Origin: a virus
UHGV virus genome: UHGV-0211200
Reading direction: 5' to 3' (one strand)
DNA length: 45,784 nt
Shown here one piece after another: positions 7,415 to 17,104 of the stretch (its first letter is position 1; every line of letters begins with the position of its first letter). Made by a program: the position numbers and the translations under genes. The notes beneath the pieces were generated by a model. It was not told where the DNA came from and ran no database searches. It saw nothing but the letters and a program-made list of their open reading frames with translations.

Positions 7415-7540
7415 TCATCCTCCAATTATGCTGTTTTTCTGCTGCTCTGTAATCCATCCAATTGAAACGGCCCGGTTGAGTTCGGCAACAGTTAATGGAC
7501 CTTTACCATTGTTATATAGCCTTTTTAATGTTGTATACAT
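7415..7540 (-). CDS. XkdX-family small protein (41 aa), absent from the ORF track
   Basis: RBS GGAGGTG 4 nt upstream. Product MYTTLKRLYNNGKGPLTVAELNRAVSIGWITEQQKNSIIGG matches the XkdX signature (GWIT...I.G). Its stop overlaps the endolysin RBS. Confidence 0.55.
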   Translation of the reverse strand: MYTTLKRLYNNGKGPLTVAELNRAVSIGWITEQQKNSIIGG

Positions 7541-7541
7541 G

Positions 7542-7955
7542 TTACACCTCCAGCTGACTTAAAATTATTGCATCCACTGTATCTTGCAATGTCCGCACTG
7601 TATCCCGGATATCTGGCCTACGAAGTTTAACAACCATAATGGTATCCTTCACTTCATTGGTTTCATAATTCGGCTCTTCCTCGGTTCCGGTATTTACTGT
7701 TTCAGATGAAATGACATAATCCATTTTCTTGCGCATCTCAACCAGCTGAGTAAATCCGGTTTTTACTTCCATCGGCTGACCGTCCAAACCAAGTATGTAA
7801 ATTTTTTCTGTATTTGTCGGATTAAATTCGGATTCTACCGTTTCAAAACTATCTAGGACGGGAAGAAACGACAGGGTTAGGTAATCGCCTGATTCTTCCA
7901 CTCCGTTTGTAATTAAGTCGTATTTTGTGTTGTTTAATAGTTTTAATTGGTTCAT
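7542..7955 (-). CDS. hypothetical protein of the fibre/lysis module (XkdW-position)
   Basis: 137-aa acidic protein. RBS AGGAG before the ATG. Located between the fibre gene and the XkdX-like gene, as XkdW is in PBSX. Confidence 0.45.
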   Translation of the reverse strand: MNQLKLLNNTKYDLITNGVEESGDYLTLSFLPVLDSFETVESEFNPTNTEKIYILGLDGQPMEVKTGFTQLVEMRKKMDYVISSETVNTGTEEEPNYETNEVKDTIMVVKLRRPDIRDTVRTLQDTVDAIILSQLEV

Positions 7956-8025
7956 TTTACTCCTTTCATAGGTATGTTTTTATATAGCAAATAGCAATTT
8001 AGAGTCCAAGGCCAATGCTGATACA

Positions 8026-8322
8026 GTGTCTGGATTATCCGCAGACCTGAACAATGTAAAGGAATCCCTGAATCCACTCAAAACAAGCCTTGTGGGAGAC
8101 ATTAACAATAATACCGCGGGAGTTGTCAACATAGTTGCGTGGGATTCCAATACGGCCAGCACCCCCAAGTCCACAGGAAACACTGCGTACGGCAATGGAT
8201 TCTGCCTTACGTACAGCCTTGGTAATCAGTGGCTATGCCAATTGGCAATGGCGGTTGGCGACCCTAACCTATATACCAGATATAGGCGTGAGGGCGTTTG
8301 GAGTGGCTGGACAACGAAATGA
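8026..8322 (+). CDS. possible plus-strand ORF (98 aa, GTG start) convergent with the tail-fibre gene
   Basis: Fills the 367-nt gap. C-terminal GNGFCLTYSLGNQWLCQLAMAVGDPNLYTRYRREGVWSGWTTK looks protein-like. Its TGA (8320-8322) directly abuts the fibre gene's TAA (8323-8325). Weak RBS and non-ATG start. Confidence 0.25.
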   Translation: MSGLSADLNNVKESLNPLKTSLVGDINNNTAGVVNIVAWDSNTASTPKSTGNTAYGNGFCLTYSLGNQWLCQLAMAVGDPNLYTRYRREGVWSGWTTK

Positions 8323-9153
8323 TTATTTTGGAATTAATAACAGCTGAGCGGAAGGTGATGTTGTAATAGCGGCATTGGTGACGTTTCTGAGCTGTAGTGT
8401 AATGTTTGTACCATCAGCTCTAAAATAGTAGATATAACAACCATTATTTCCACTTCCTACTTCTCTGGCATCTAGTAGCTTGTATCCAGATGGGATTTGG
8501 CCGGAAATATTTGTTGTTGAGCCAGCAATACCAGCGTTGGCAGGTACAGTTACTTGATTTAAGCTTACTATTTTTGTGAGAAAATCCGCATTTGTTAAAA
8601 GTGATGATTCATGTTCCCACTTGTTTGCAATAGGGTTCCAAATCCGCTGATGATTCTGTTCTATGTCGTATTGAGTGAATGATTGTCTGATATATTGAGT
8701 GCCATTTGTATAATCCACTTTTAGGATAAATGCTTTGCTGAGTGGACAATTTTTTAAAGTTGCGGCATTAGCATTACCCGGACAATAATAATTGCCGGGA
8801 ACTTTATAATCATCTGAATACAGATCCGCGTTGTCTGGTATCAATATACCTCCAGACAAGCTATAACAATTTTCTAAATTGCTATTTAAGTCATTAATCG
8901 CGAGCTGCATTGTATTAGCTAAAGCCAATGATGGAACCTTATCTGTAGCATCAGATAATACGTTAGATATAGCAGATAACGCTAACTTCTCCCGGTCCAG
9001 TTGCTTTAATGCATCAATTGCTTTATTGGCTGCATCGGTTACCCGTTTTATTGCCTGTTCTGTTTTGTTTAAGTTTGTCTCATCCAAATCTGGCTCAGAG
9101 TCATTAACATACACAGTAGGTATATATTCTTGGATATTTTCTATGTTATTCAT
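8323..9153 (-). CDS. tail fibre / receptor-binding protein
   Basis: 276 aa. N-terminal coiled-coil-like region (LNKTEQAIKRVTDAANKAIDALKQLDREKLALSAISN), then a Gly/Asn/Tyr-rich C-terminal domain. Last large gene before the lysis cassette. Confidence 0.55.
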   Translation of the reverse strand: MNNIENIQEYIPTVYVNDSEPDLDETNLNKTEQAIKRVTDAANKAIDALKQLDREKLALSAISNVLSDATDKVPSLALANTMQLAINDLNSNLENCYSLSGGILIPDNADLYSDDYKVPGNYYCPGNANAATLKNCPLSKAFILKVDYTNGTQYIRQSFTQYDIEQNHQRIWNPIANKWEHESSLLTNADFLTKIVSLNQVTVPANAGIAGSTTNISGQIPSGYKLLDAREVGSGNNGCYIYYFRADGTNITLQLRNVTNAAITTSPSAQLLLIPK

Positions 9154-9162
9154 GTAACCTCC

Positions 9163-10062
9163 TTACAGATTAAATCTAGCCAAATATAAATTGTAGTCAA
9201 ACGCAGCCCCAGAAGCTCCAATATACAGGTAGGCATTGCCAGTTATTCCGCTTAAGGTAAATGTTTTTTCTTGCTCCCATTCAGCGCCGGAAGAGCTACT
9301 TCTTCCAATTGACCCATCAAGTAATATGTCACCTAGATTCGGATTATATCTATATTGCACGCTTGAACCGGACTGATATGCTTCCTCAATATAGTTTTCC
9401 ACCCTATTCCGGCATACCATAACCTTGCAAACCTTTCCGGTTCCAGACATTTGGACCGTAACCGATTTTACATTTGTAAGGTTGATGGGTAGGTCAAAAA
9501 CAAATGCGACTGTTTCTCCTGAACCTGCACTTGCTTCTATGTGGTCCTTTGACAGTTTTACCGTACCAGTACCTTGTCTATATGTTGTATACCTAAAATA
9601 TGTAATACCCTGTGAGCCATAAAATGTCCCGAATAGATATGGGGTATATGGGTCCTCATTTACATATCCTTCCCACAGTCCAGGACCTACGCCTGCAACA
9701 TATTCACCTTTTTTAATGACCGAAGGGGTTAGGTTTTTAACCGGATTAATAGTGATATCACCATTCCCGTATTTTCCAGCAGTCTTGACCGTGATTTGTT
9801 TTGCTCCAGGACCGATTGTCTGTGCATCAAATGTTTCAATGTTCTGGGTGATTTTCCCACCTGAATAATATCCAGGTTCAAGTTTTATTTCCCCGTTTGC
9901 CGACAATATAATTGTTGGGGATTTTTTGTCTGGAAGTGTTCCGGTCTGTTTCTCCTCGCTTCCTTTCCCAAGGAATATATTACCTTCCAATACATCCTCT
10001 GGCATTGCTGTCAAGTCATCCAGATTCGCCTGACTACCAAATTTATGTAACGCCAACTTCGC
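9163..10062 (-). CDS. tail fibre-like structural protein, paralog of 10083..10502
   Basis: ORF 9163..10104 trimmed to the Met in MAKLALHKFGSQ. Shares ordered motifs (PGYYSGG, GPGAKQITVKTAGKYG, LTPSVIKKGEYVAGVGPG) with the upstream gene. Confidence 0.5.
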   Translation of the reverse strand, partial: AKLALHKFGSQANLDDLTAMPEDVLEGNIFLGKGSEEKQTGTLPDKKSPTIILSANGEIKLEPGYYSGGKITQNIETFDAQTIGPGAKQITVKTAGKYGNGDITINPVKNLTPSVIKKGEYVAGVGPGLWEGYVNEDPYTPYLFGTFYGSQGITYFRYTTYRQGTGTVKLSKDHIEASAGSGETVAFVFDLPINLTNVKSVTVQMSGTGKVCKVMVCRNRVENYIEEAYQSGSSVQYRYNPNLGDILLDGSIGRSSSSGAEWEQEKTFTLSGITGNAYLYIGASGAAFDYNLYLARFNL

Positions 10063-10082
10063 CATATACACCATCCATTCCA

Positions 10083-10502
10083 CTAACTTACAAAACCCTG
10101 CCATGTACCAGTTACCGCCCCTTCACCTTCGCCGACCGTCACGCCATATTTTATTACATCTGGTCGCAATCCGCTTACTTCCAATACAATAATATCATGC
10201 ATTGCGTATTTCCCTTTGGTTTCAACCACCTGTGTCCCTGGGCCAGGGTCAACAAATCCACCATTATATGTTTCGAGATTTTGATAGAAGGTATCATTTC
10301 CATCATGGTATCCAGGTATGATATTATATGTTTCGTTTATATCCATCTTTTTATTAACCGATTCAACATCTTGCATTGTCCCAGACTGTTCGTTATCGGT
10401 CCCAGCTCCATAAAAGGTTTTTCCCTTTTTAACTCTTGGTGAGGTAGCGGTTAGGCCGGTAACATCAACCCCACTTCCTTTAAACGGTAATCCAAGTTTC
10501 AT
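10083..10502 (-). CDS. tail fibre-like structural protein (short paralog)
   Basis: 139 aa. MKLGLPFKGSG...PGYHDGND...GPGTQVVETKGKYAMHD...LRPDVIKYGVTVGEG runs parallel to the N-terminal half of 9163..10062. Confidence 0.5.
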   Translation of the reverse strand: MKLGLPFKGSGVDVTGLTATSPRVKKGKTFYGAGTDNEQSGTMQDVESVNKKMDINETYNIIPGYHDGNDTFYQNLETYNGGFVDPGPGTQVVETKGKYAMHDIIVLEVSGLRPDVIKYGVTVGEGEGAVTGTWQGFVS

Positions 10503-10504
10503 TG

Positions 10505-10969
10505 TTATATTCCTTTCAATACAAGTATAAAATCAGCTGTTGGTTTCCTAAAATCACAGGTAATAGTCACTGACCCATTATTTGTTACTATACCGGTAAT
10601 ATATCCAACACTTCTGTCTACGGCTTTCTGTTGCTGCTCCGAACTGATAGTGGGATATTCAAACATGGGTACAGGCTCATCTGTATTCTTTATATTTGCG
10701 TTAACAGTTTGTGTATACGGTGCCTGTGTACTCCACCCAGATGCAGGATAATTGAGCCTAATGGTTCCAATCATATCCGCAACTGTCCCTTCTATTTCAT
10801 TGACAGTCTTATTGGTATTATTGATATCGTCAGCAGAAAATACGTCACCTACCTCTACGTAAATGGTTTTATCCTCCAACGTAGAAAACCCAGTTGTACT
10901 GTCGGTGATAATCTGGTATTTACGCATCCCGGAAAATTTATCATTTTTATAATCCGTTTTTAAACTCAT
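10505..10969 (-). CDS. hypothetical tail/baseplate structural protein
   Basis: 154-aa ORF in the structural operon, 4-nt overlap with the upstream gene. Confidence 0.45.
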   Translation of the reverse strand: MSLKTDYKNDKFSGMRKYQIITDSTTGFSTLEDKTIYVEVGDVFSADDINNTNKTVNEIEGTVADMIGTIRLNYPASGWSTQAPYTQTVNANIKNTDEPVPMFEYPTISSEQQQKAVDRSVGYITGIVTNNGSVTITCDFRKPTADFILVLKGI

Positions 10970-11403
10970 AGACTTATGCTCCTATTTCCTATTGCCTTTG
11001 TTCCAAGTTTAAATGCAAGGTGGGTTGGACCCGGAAATGATTTTTCAATCAAATCTCCCACATCATATATAATCTTTTCTATGGCATTGGCCTGATAAAT
11101 TGACGTATATGTAATTTTATCTGGAGTAAGCGGGGTACTTTCAAATGTGTAATAAGCTGACCGGATAGCAACGATATTTTTATGTAGACGTTCCATCTCA
11201 GCATCAGTCCTATGGTCTTGTGGTTTCCATGTTTTTGATACTATTGTGTGCTTATACCCATATTTATTAAGCACATAGGATACCCACTTAACAGCATTCT
11301 CTATCCGGTTTAAGTCTCCATAGTCTATGTATGCCTTATTTCTAAGGTTATCTACATCAGCTTGTACGCGGTCAAAAATAAGCGCTTCCAAATACTCACT
11401 CAT
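10966..11403 (-). CDS. hypothetical tail/baseplate structural protein
   Basis: 145-aa ORF, translationally coupled (overlaps) with neighbours in the tail operon. Confidence 0.45.
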   Translation of the reverse strand: MSEYLEALIFDRVQADVDNLRNKAYIDYGDLNRIENAVKWVSYVLNKYGYKHTIVSKTWKPQDHRTDAEMERLHKNIVAIRSAYYTFESTPLTPDKITYTSIYQANAIEKIIYDVGDLIEKSFPGPTHLAFKLGTKAIGNRSISL

Positions 11404-13270
11404 GTATTTTTACCTCCGCCTTGATTTCATTGGGAGAAAAACTATAATTGTAACTCTCAATAATGCCTATGCGGTATCCATCATAATCTGTATCAATTTT
11501 AACTTTTTGTCCTAACTTTTTGTTTCCTATAAGTACGTCACCAACAACATTTTCTGCTTGCTGGTAATATGCATATACGCGGTCAAGCACTTGTTGCGCA
11601 TTTCCGCTATAAACTAATGTTGCATCTGTTACTTCGCGAATATTTTTGTTAAATACAATATCTGGATTTTCCTTAAGGATTGAAGTGGTAAGATGGTTAT
11701 ATCTTTTACCAGTTAGCGTTACATTGCCACCGGTTCCGGTTATGTAAGCATAGTTATCACCATACTGACCAATGGTACCACCAGTTATCTCCAAACTGTG
11801 ATAAGGTTCACTAAAAATAACTTCTGCCGTGCCATTCAAATCATCATTATACAATTCCTGCGTTTCGTTTGATTTCTGGTAAGAATGGACTGTCAAACGG
11901 ATTCCAGTGACAATATCAGAATGCTCCAATGTAACACCTGAAAATACTTCATCATTCAAAAATTCACCACTCAAAGCATTCTCCTGTGGATAGATAACAA
12001 TGCCATCGTAATTGCTTGTATCTGCAATAGCCCCAATAGCAAAGCAAATATATACCAATGCATTTCTTTTGGTGGTATATGGGATATATCCATGCAGTGG
12101 AATATTTGAAAATGATTCATCCAACATATAATTAAAATCCTCATTCTCAAATATTTTCTCTAATACTTCAGAAACCGGCTGGCCTGTATATATTCCTCCA
12201 ACAAATTCATTACCATCCAATACCCCCACTGCATCATGCGCGTCCATATGGTAATCCGTCTTGTTTTTCCTTGCACCGTTTTTGAGATAAAAATTTCCTA
12301 TCAACTCACCGTTGAAATATAAAGTAAGTTTCTGCTTTTTCTGTAAATCAAACGGTATATTGGATGTTGTCCTGACCGTGAAATTCAAGGTGTTAATACT
12401 TATACTTTCTGATATTGCATTGATTTCTTGCAAACAGTTTCTTTCCAATAATTCGTTGTCTAGAAAATCACGGTATATTCCATAATCTATTCTGGTGACA
12501 AATACTGGCCTTATGGGTTTTGATGTCTGCAAAAACGTAATTTCAAGTTTGTTATATCCTCTCACATAGTTATTACAAAAATATCGCACTGAATCCGGGG
12601 AAAACTCCATATCTGACAAGAGGTTATTATCTGCATACCACTTTACTCTCATTCGTGTACAATAATCTCCGGACATCATATTAAAAGTAAAGAGCAATCC
12701 TACACTGGTGAATTTTTGATTAAAGGTTACTGTAATCATGGGGGATTCGATTAACTTTTCAGTGGTTGACTTAGGATATAAAAACATTCCTGGATGCAAA
12801 CCTATTTGGGGTTTAAGTCCTTGGCTTTGCTTAACATATCCGAACAATCCTTGCTCATTTGATACTTCAGGGCTTATATACCCATACGGAAGCGGATTAT
12901 CTGGAAAATTGATATACTTTCCATTCAATAGAGAAAACCGTGGAAAGCATAGAGCATACCCAGGATAAGAAATATCATCTCGTTTTAATTCTGGAAATTC
13001 CTGCTCTGTTATTGTCCCACGCGGATGTAAACCGGCACCTGGATGAAGTCCTACTCTCGGTCTTAGTCCGGGTATTGTAATGGATGCTGTACTATTTTCT
13101 TTGGCATAAGGGGCCAAGTCGTCATAAACAATCTTTAATCCCTCAGTATTTTGTTCTGCGTCAGATAATATGGATTGCTTTAAAAACACATCACAGCCTC
13201 CTCTGCGGCTCCATAGCGGTAAAGGTAATAGATAACCCGGTCCAATGGTTACGCTGCCCTTCTTTTCCAT
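11396..13270 (-). CDS. tail-associated protein (Tal-like / phage minor structural protein), start uncertain
   Basis: 624 aa, located after the TMP and a Dit-like gene. N-terminal region has GLHPG-type repeats. The 80-nt overlap with the upstream gene suggests the true start is downstream of 13270. Confidence 0.55.
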   Translation of the reverse strand: MEKKGSVTIGPGYLLPLPLWSRRGGCDVFLKQSILSDAEQNTEGLKIVYDDLAPYAKENSTASITIPGLRPRVGLHPGAGLHPRGTITEQEFPELKRDDISYPGYALCFPRFSLLNGKYINFPDNPLPYGYISPEVSNEQGLFGYVKQSQGLKPQIGLHPGMFLYPKSTTEKLIESPMITVTFNQKFTSVGLLFTFNMMSGDYCTRMRVKWYADNNLLSDMEFSPDSVRYFCNNYVRGYNKLEITFLQTSKPIRPVFVTRIDYGIYRDFLDNELLERNCLQEINAISESISINTLNFTVRTTSNIPFDLQKKQKLTLYFNGELIGNFYLKNGARKNKTDYHMDAHDAVGVLDGNEFVGGIYTGQPVSEVLEKIFENEDFNYMLDESFSNIPLHGYIPYTTKRNALVYICFAIGAIADTSNYDGIVIYPQENALSGEFLNDEVFSGVTLEHSDIVTGIRLTVHSYQKSNETQELYNDDLNGTAEVIFSEPYHSLEITGGTIGQYGDNYAYITGTGGNVTLTGKRYNHLTTSILKENPDIVFNKNIREVTDATLVYSGNAQQVLDRVYAYYQQAENVVGDVLIGNKKLGQKVKIDTDYDGYRIGIIESYNYSFSPNEIKAEVKIHE

Positions 13271-13601
13271 TCTTGTTGATTTTTATTTCATCATCCCCGC
13301 TTGTTATGTATGCCTCAAACTCTTTGGTTTCCTGTCCATAAGGAAATACCATATCGTGAGACTCAACCGGAGCAGATATGATTTCATAAAACGTATCATA
13401 GTCAGCCGGATTACTTCTTTCCGCATCAATATCAAGCGTATAATTATAAAATGTACCAATGATATCCCGGTGCATCCGGTAAGACTGCAAACGTCCAGAA
13501 TTTTCACTATCTGCGACCGAAAAATTTCGCTTTAAGGATTTTACCCATAGGCGGAGATTAACTCCGTCTATGGTAAATACTCCGTTCCCATTCTGCGCCA
13601 T
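13191..13601 (-). CDS. distal tail protein-like (short)
   Basis: 136-aa ORF whose ATG overlaps the TMP stop (ATGA at 13601). Position immediately after the TMP. Confidence 0.4.
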   Translation of the reverse strand: MAQNGNGVFTIDGVNLRLWVKSLKRNFSVADSENSGRLQSYRMHRDIIGTFYNYTLDIDAERSNPADYDTFYEIISAPVESHDMVFPYGQETKEFEAYITSGDDEIKINKNGKEGQRNHWTGLSITFTAMEPQRRL

Positions 13602-16066
13602 TATACACTTCCTTCCGTCACCATTCTTACACCTACACGGTTCTTTTCGTTGTTTCCAAATTTGACTACAAGCTGACCAAATCTTGTGCCATCAAGGATT
13701 AGCTCTGCTTTGGCAATCTGGTTCCCACCAGATATATTGCTTTCTGCCAGCGCTTCTTTAAGTGCTTGCTTCATAGTTGACAGCGGAGAGACAACCTCTG
13801 TTTCACGGTTGTTGTCTCCCAGGATAGCAGCAAACATTCCGGCCCGCGGTGGTACTACAGTTCCGGTTGCAAGCATTGGCATTCTATATGGGACTGCCGC
13901 ATAGGCGGACATAGGGTATGCACTCCTTCCTCCATATCCACCAGAATAACCGGAAGAAGCAGCACGCTTTCCTGCATTTGCCGCAATTTGAGAAGCCGCT
14001 ATCCCTGCTGCTATTGCTAAACCTATTGCAACTGGCATGGCTGGCCCACTTATTGCACCAAGTGCAACTGCTAAAATAGCTATTGCTCCGGCTGCTGCTA
14101 ATATACCAGATATAACTTTTTCCGATGGTGTCATCTTATCCCAGTTTTTATAGATATCATATATAGCTTTAACTACGCTTGCTATTGCAGCTGCCATTCC
14201 TGCATATTTTAAACTTGTAAAATCAAGCTTGGATGCTAAAGTTGTTAAAATCTTAATTAAACCTCCGCTACCTTGTAAAACATTTATCATTGATTTTACA
14301 CCATTAACAAATTCTAAAAATTTCCAGGCTGCAAAAAAAGTCGCTACTACTATTGTGATATTTTCAATAAGATTTTGATTTCGATTTATCCATTCGGAAA
14401 ATTTTTCAAGCCATTCGGTTATTTTTTCTAATGCCGCAATAATAAGTTTACCTGTCCACTCACCAAGTGGTTGCAAAAAGTTTTCCCACAACCAAATACC
14501 CATTGGTTTAAGCGCTTCGATAACACTATGTAGTGTTTTCAGAGCTGCTGCAATTAAATCAAACACTTTTGGTAACGCTTGCTCTATGCCCCATTTTGCA
14601 ATCGGAAGTAAAACATTGTTCAGAAACCACAATAGTAAATTACCCACATCAGATACAATCGGTCTTATAGCTATTAATATCCGGTCAAAACTTTCTAATA
14701 ATGGTGAAAAGTCCAAATTGGCTGACCACTCTTTTAAACTTTCTGATGCTTGACGGAAAAATCCTGTTATTTCAAGAATGATATCCCCAAGATGCCTTAA
14801 AATGTTTGTTCCAGTATCCCCGGATACCCATGCCTTATCAAAATTAGTAACTAAATTACCAACTGTATCGACAAGATTATCAAAAGTAATTAGTAAGTCA
14901 TCTGTAATGGCTTTCCCATATCCCTCTACGTTCCATACCTGCATGAATGATGCGCCCACATCACTTGCAAGTTGTTTAATAGCCGAGAAAGTATTTTGCA
15001 GTGATTTCATTACCTGCGGGCCATTTTCAAGCCATGATTCCTTGAGCGGGTCGAAAAGCTTTCCAAGCGTATTCTTTATTGCTTCTGCCTGCAACTTAAT
15101 GTCATTGGATACTTCCTCTGTGGTAAACATATCCTCCGGCTTAAGTTCGTTCTTATCTTCTTTCTTTTTCTTCCCAGTTGTTATCTGTATCAGCTTATCA
15201 AATGGCGCTAATGCCTTTTCCGTTTCTTTGGCTGCATCTTTGGTTTCATCCTTCGTCTTGTCCAGGCTATCAGCATAATCTTGCTGTACCTTAACCGCTT
15301 TAACAAATGTATCCTTTCCGGTTAATGCTGCCAGCAGTTGCGCTGTCCATGTAACGGCCTGGGATAGCAAATTGATGAACTGAGCCAGGGCCGGAGCTGC
15401 ATACTCAACCAACGGGGAAAAGGCTGTAGCAAAAGAATTTTTAAGCTGAGTCATACTGGACATGAGCATGGATAACGCTTTATTGGTATCATCCGAATAC
15501 TGGGACAGGTTATCCATACCTTCTTTTAATCCGCTTGTTACTGCGGAAATGGAGCGGAATACAGTGCTAAATAAGATAGATGTTGCAAGCATTCGGCCCA
15601 ACCCCATTCGTGCACCGCGGGATGCTTTCTCAGTACCTTTTAAAGATTTATTGAGTTTACTTCCACTTTTGCTTGCTTTCTTTTGTTCATTATCAACACC
15701 GAGCAATTTTTTCTTATAATCCTGCATTGCTTTTTTCGCCCGCTGCAATCCTGCTAATGCTTTGTCGTATGGTGCATCTCCAAGTCCATAACCAGCCTTT
15801 TCGGCGTAATACAATGCGTCCTTATACCGGTCCACTTCATCTTGCAAATTGCGTACACTCGGTGTAAGGCTTTGTATAGATTTCGAAGCAGATGAAAATG
15901 TATGTTTCATTATGCTTGGTATATCTTTAAAAGCCTGGGGCAGAAGCTTTATGTAATCCATCGTTCCAGACAGAGTTCTTTTAATATCTTCGCTTCCTGT
16001 TTTTGCACCATCCGTTTTGATTTTAGTATCTATTAATACAGTTCCATCAGGTTGCAAAGATATCAC
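13601..16066 (-). CDS. tail tape measure protein
   Basis: 821 aa. Coiled-coil-rich N-terminus, long helical/Gly-Ala-rich membrane-like segment near the C-terminus. Preceded by two chaperone-like ORFs. Confidence 0.85.
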   Translation of the reverse strand: MISLQPDGTVLIDTKIKTDGAKTGSEDIKRTLSGTMDYIKLLPQAFKDIPSIMKHTFSSASKSIQSLTPSVRNLQDEVDRYKDALYYAEKAGYGLGDAPYDKALAGLQRAKKAMQDYKKKLLGVDNEQKKASKSGSKLNKSLKGTEKASRGARMGLGRMLATSILFSTVFRSISAVTSGLKEGMDNLSQYSDDTNKALSMLMSSMTQLKNSFATAFSPLVEYAAPALAQFINLLSQAVTWTAQLLAALTGKDTFVKAVKVQQDYADSLDKTKDETKDAAKETEKALAPFDKLIQITTGKKKKEDKNELKPEDMFTTEEVSNDIKLQAEAIKNTLGKLFDPLKESWLENGPQVMKSLQNTFSAIKQLASDVGASFMQVWNVEGYGKAITDDLLITFDNLVDTVGNLVTNFDKAWVSGDTGTNILRHLGDIILEITGFFRQASESLKEWSANLDFSPLLESFDRILIAIRPIVSDVGNLLLWFLNNVLLPIAKWGIEQALPKVFDLIAAALKTLHSVIEALKPMGIWLWENFLQPLGEWTGKLIIAALEKITEWLEKFSEWINRNQNLIENITIVVATFFAAWKFLEFVNGVKSMINVLQGSGGLIKILTTLASKLDFTSLKYAGMAAAIASVVKAIYDIYKNWDKMTPSEKVISGILAAAGAIAILAVALGAISGPAMPVAIGLAIAAGIAASQIAANAGKRAASSGYSGGYGGRSAYPMSAYAAVPYRMPMLATGTVVPPRAGMFAAILGDNNRETEVVSPLSTMKQALKEALAESNISGGNQIAKAELILDGTRFGQLVVKFGNNEKNRVGVRMVTEGSV

Positions 16067-16067
16067 C

Positions 16068-16625
16068 TCACTTTAGCAACTCTGCAAAATAATCAAATTC
16101 TTCTTTAGATTTGTCAGTGGATTTTTCAAGTTCACATAGCTTTTTATTGTTCTGTAAAAACTCCTGCTCCCACTTTTCTAAGCGCTTCCCTTTTGACAGT
16201 TTCTGCCGGATAGAAAGGACCTGAGAAAACAATCCGTCCCCAATTTCCATGAACCATCCGTAGAAAGTCCACCAATGGATTATCTGGCATCCGCGTGTTT
16301 CAAACCCTGCAATCCTGTTAACCGCCGGGAAAATAATTCCTGCGTCCTGTTCCCAGTCAATTACGCGCGGTGATGGAGTATCTTCATGCACCACACCACA
16401 GTCAATAAACCATAATGCTTTTTCTGCCGCTTCCGTTAAATCCTGCGGAGGCGGGATAACGGGCCAGTAAAGAATTTCAAGCATTGCTTGTGTTTTCTCT
16501 GGGTCAGACAATTCTTCATCCGCAAAGGCTGATAAAATATCTAATATTGCCCGGAAGTCCTCACGAATTTCATAATTTACCCCATTAACAGAGAGAGAAT
16601 ATGGGAGGGACCACGCTGCACTCAT
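16068..16625 (-). CDS. tail assembly chaperone (second, GT-position)
   Basis: 185-aa acidic protein between the first chaperone and the TMP. ATGA overlap with the upstream ORF. Confidence 0.5.
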   Translation of the reverse strand: MSAAWSLPYSLSVNGVNYEIREDFRAILDILSAFADEELSDPEKTQAMLEILYWPVIPPPQDLTEAAEKALWFIDCGVVHEDTPSPRVIDWEQDAGIIFPAVNRIAGFETRGCQIIHWWTFYGWFMEIGDGLFSQVLSIRQKLSKGKRLEKWEQEFLQNNKKLCELEKSTDKSKEEFDYFAELLK

Positions 16626-17092
16626 TTAACAGGAAATGGATATTTTCCAGGACCAGCATTATACTGTTGTGTATATTTCCCGGCTTTACTTTCCATTTCC
16701 GTGAAATTTTTACCCGTTTCCTGCTCTATAATTTTTTTAGCGCTCTCAAGTATCACCAGCGCCCAAGGGTCGCCATTTTCCATAGGGGTAAATGGACTGG
16801 CGATTTTGAATAAGCCAGAAGTGTCTGCGTTAAATAGATAATCAAATTTTTCCTGAAGCGACTTTGCATATTTATTAATTATCTCTAACGACATTTCTTC
16901 CTTCTTCTTGTTATCAAGAGTTGTTTTTAATTCCATCCACATGTCCTCGAATGCTTTATATACATTCTGCTGCCGCTCGAATATGTCAAGGTCTGACGGA
17001 ACAAACTTTAAAGTTGCCAGCACATCACCATGCTGGTCCGTGAAATCGTAGTATTTAACAGGGCTTTCAATACTTATTGGAATGTTAGGCAT
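16622..17092 (-). CDS. tail assembly chaperone (G-position)
   Basis: 156-aa acidic protein directly downstream of the major tail protein gene. Confidence 0.5.
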   Translation of the reverse strand: MPNIPISIESPVKYYDFTDQHGDVLATLKFVPSDLDIFERQQNVYKAFEDMWMELKTTLDNKKKEEMSLEIINKYAKSLQEKFDYLFNADTSGLFKIASPFTPMENGDPWALVILESAKKIIEQETGKNFTEMESKAGKYTQQYNAGPGKYPFPVK

Positions 17093-17104
17093 GATTTAGT
17101 CTCC

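Noticed and set aside
14778-15867. Several 60-170-aa plus-strand ORFs
   Set aside because: They are inside the tape-measure gene. They are Ser/Leu-rich shadow frames of a Lys/Ala-rich coding strand.
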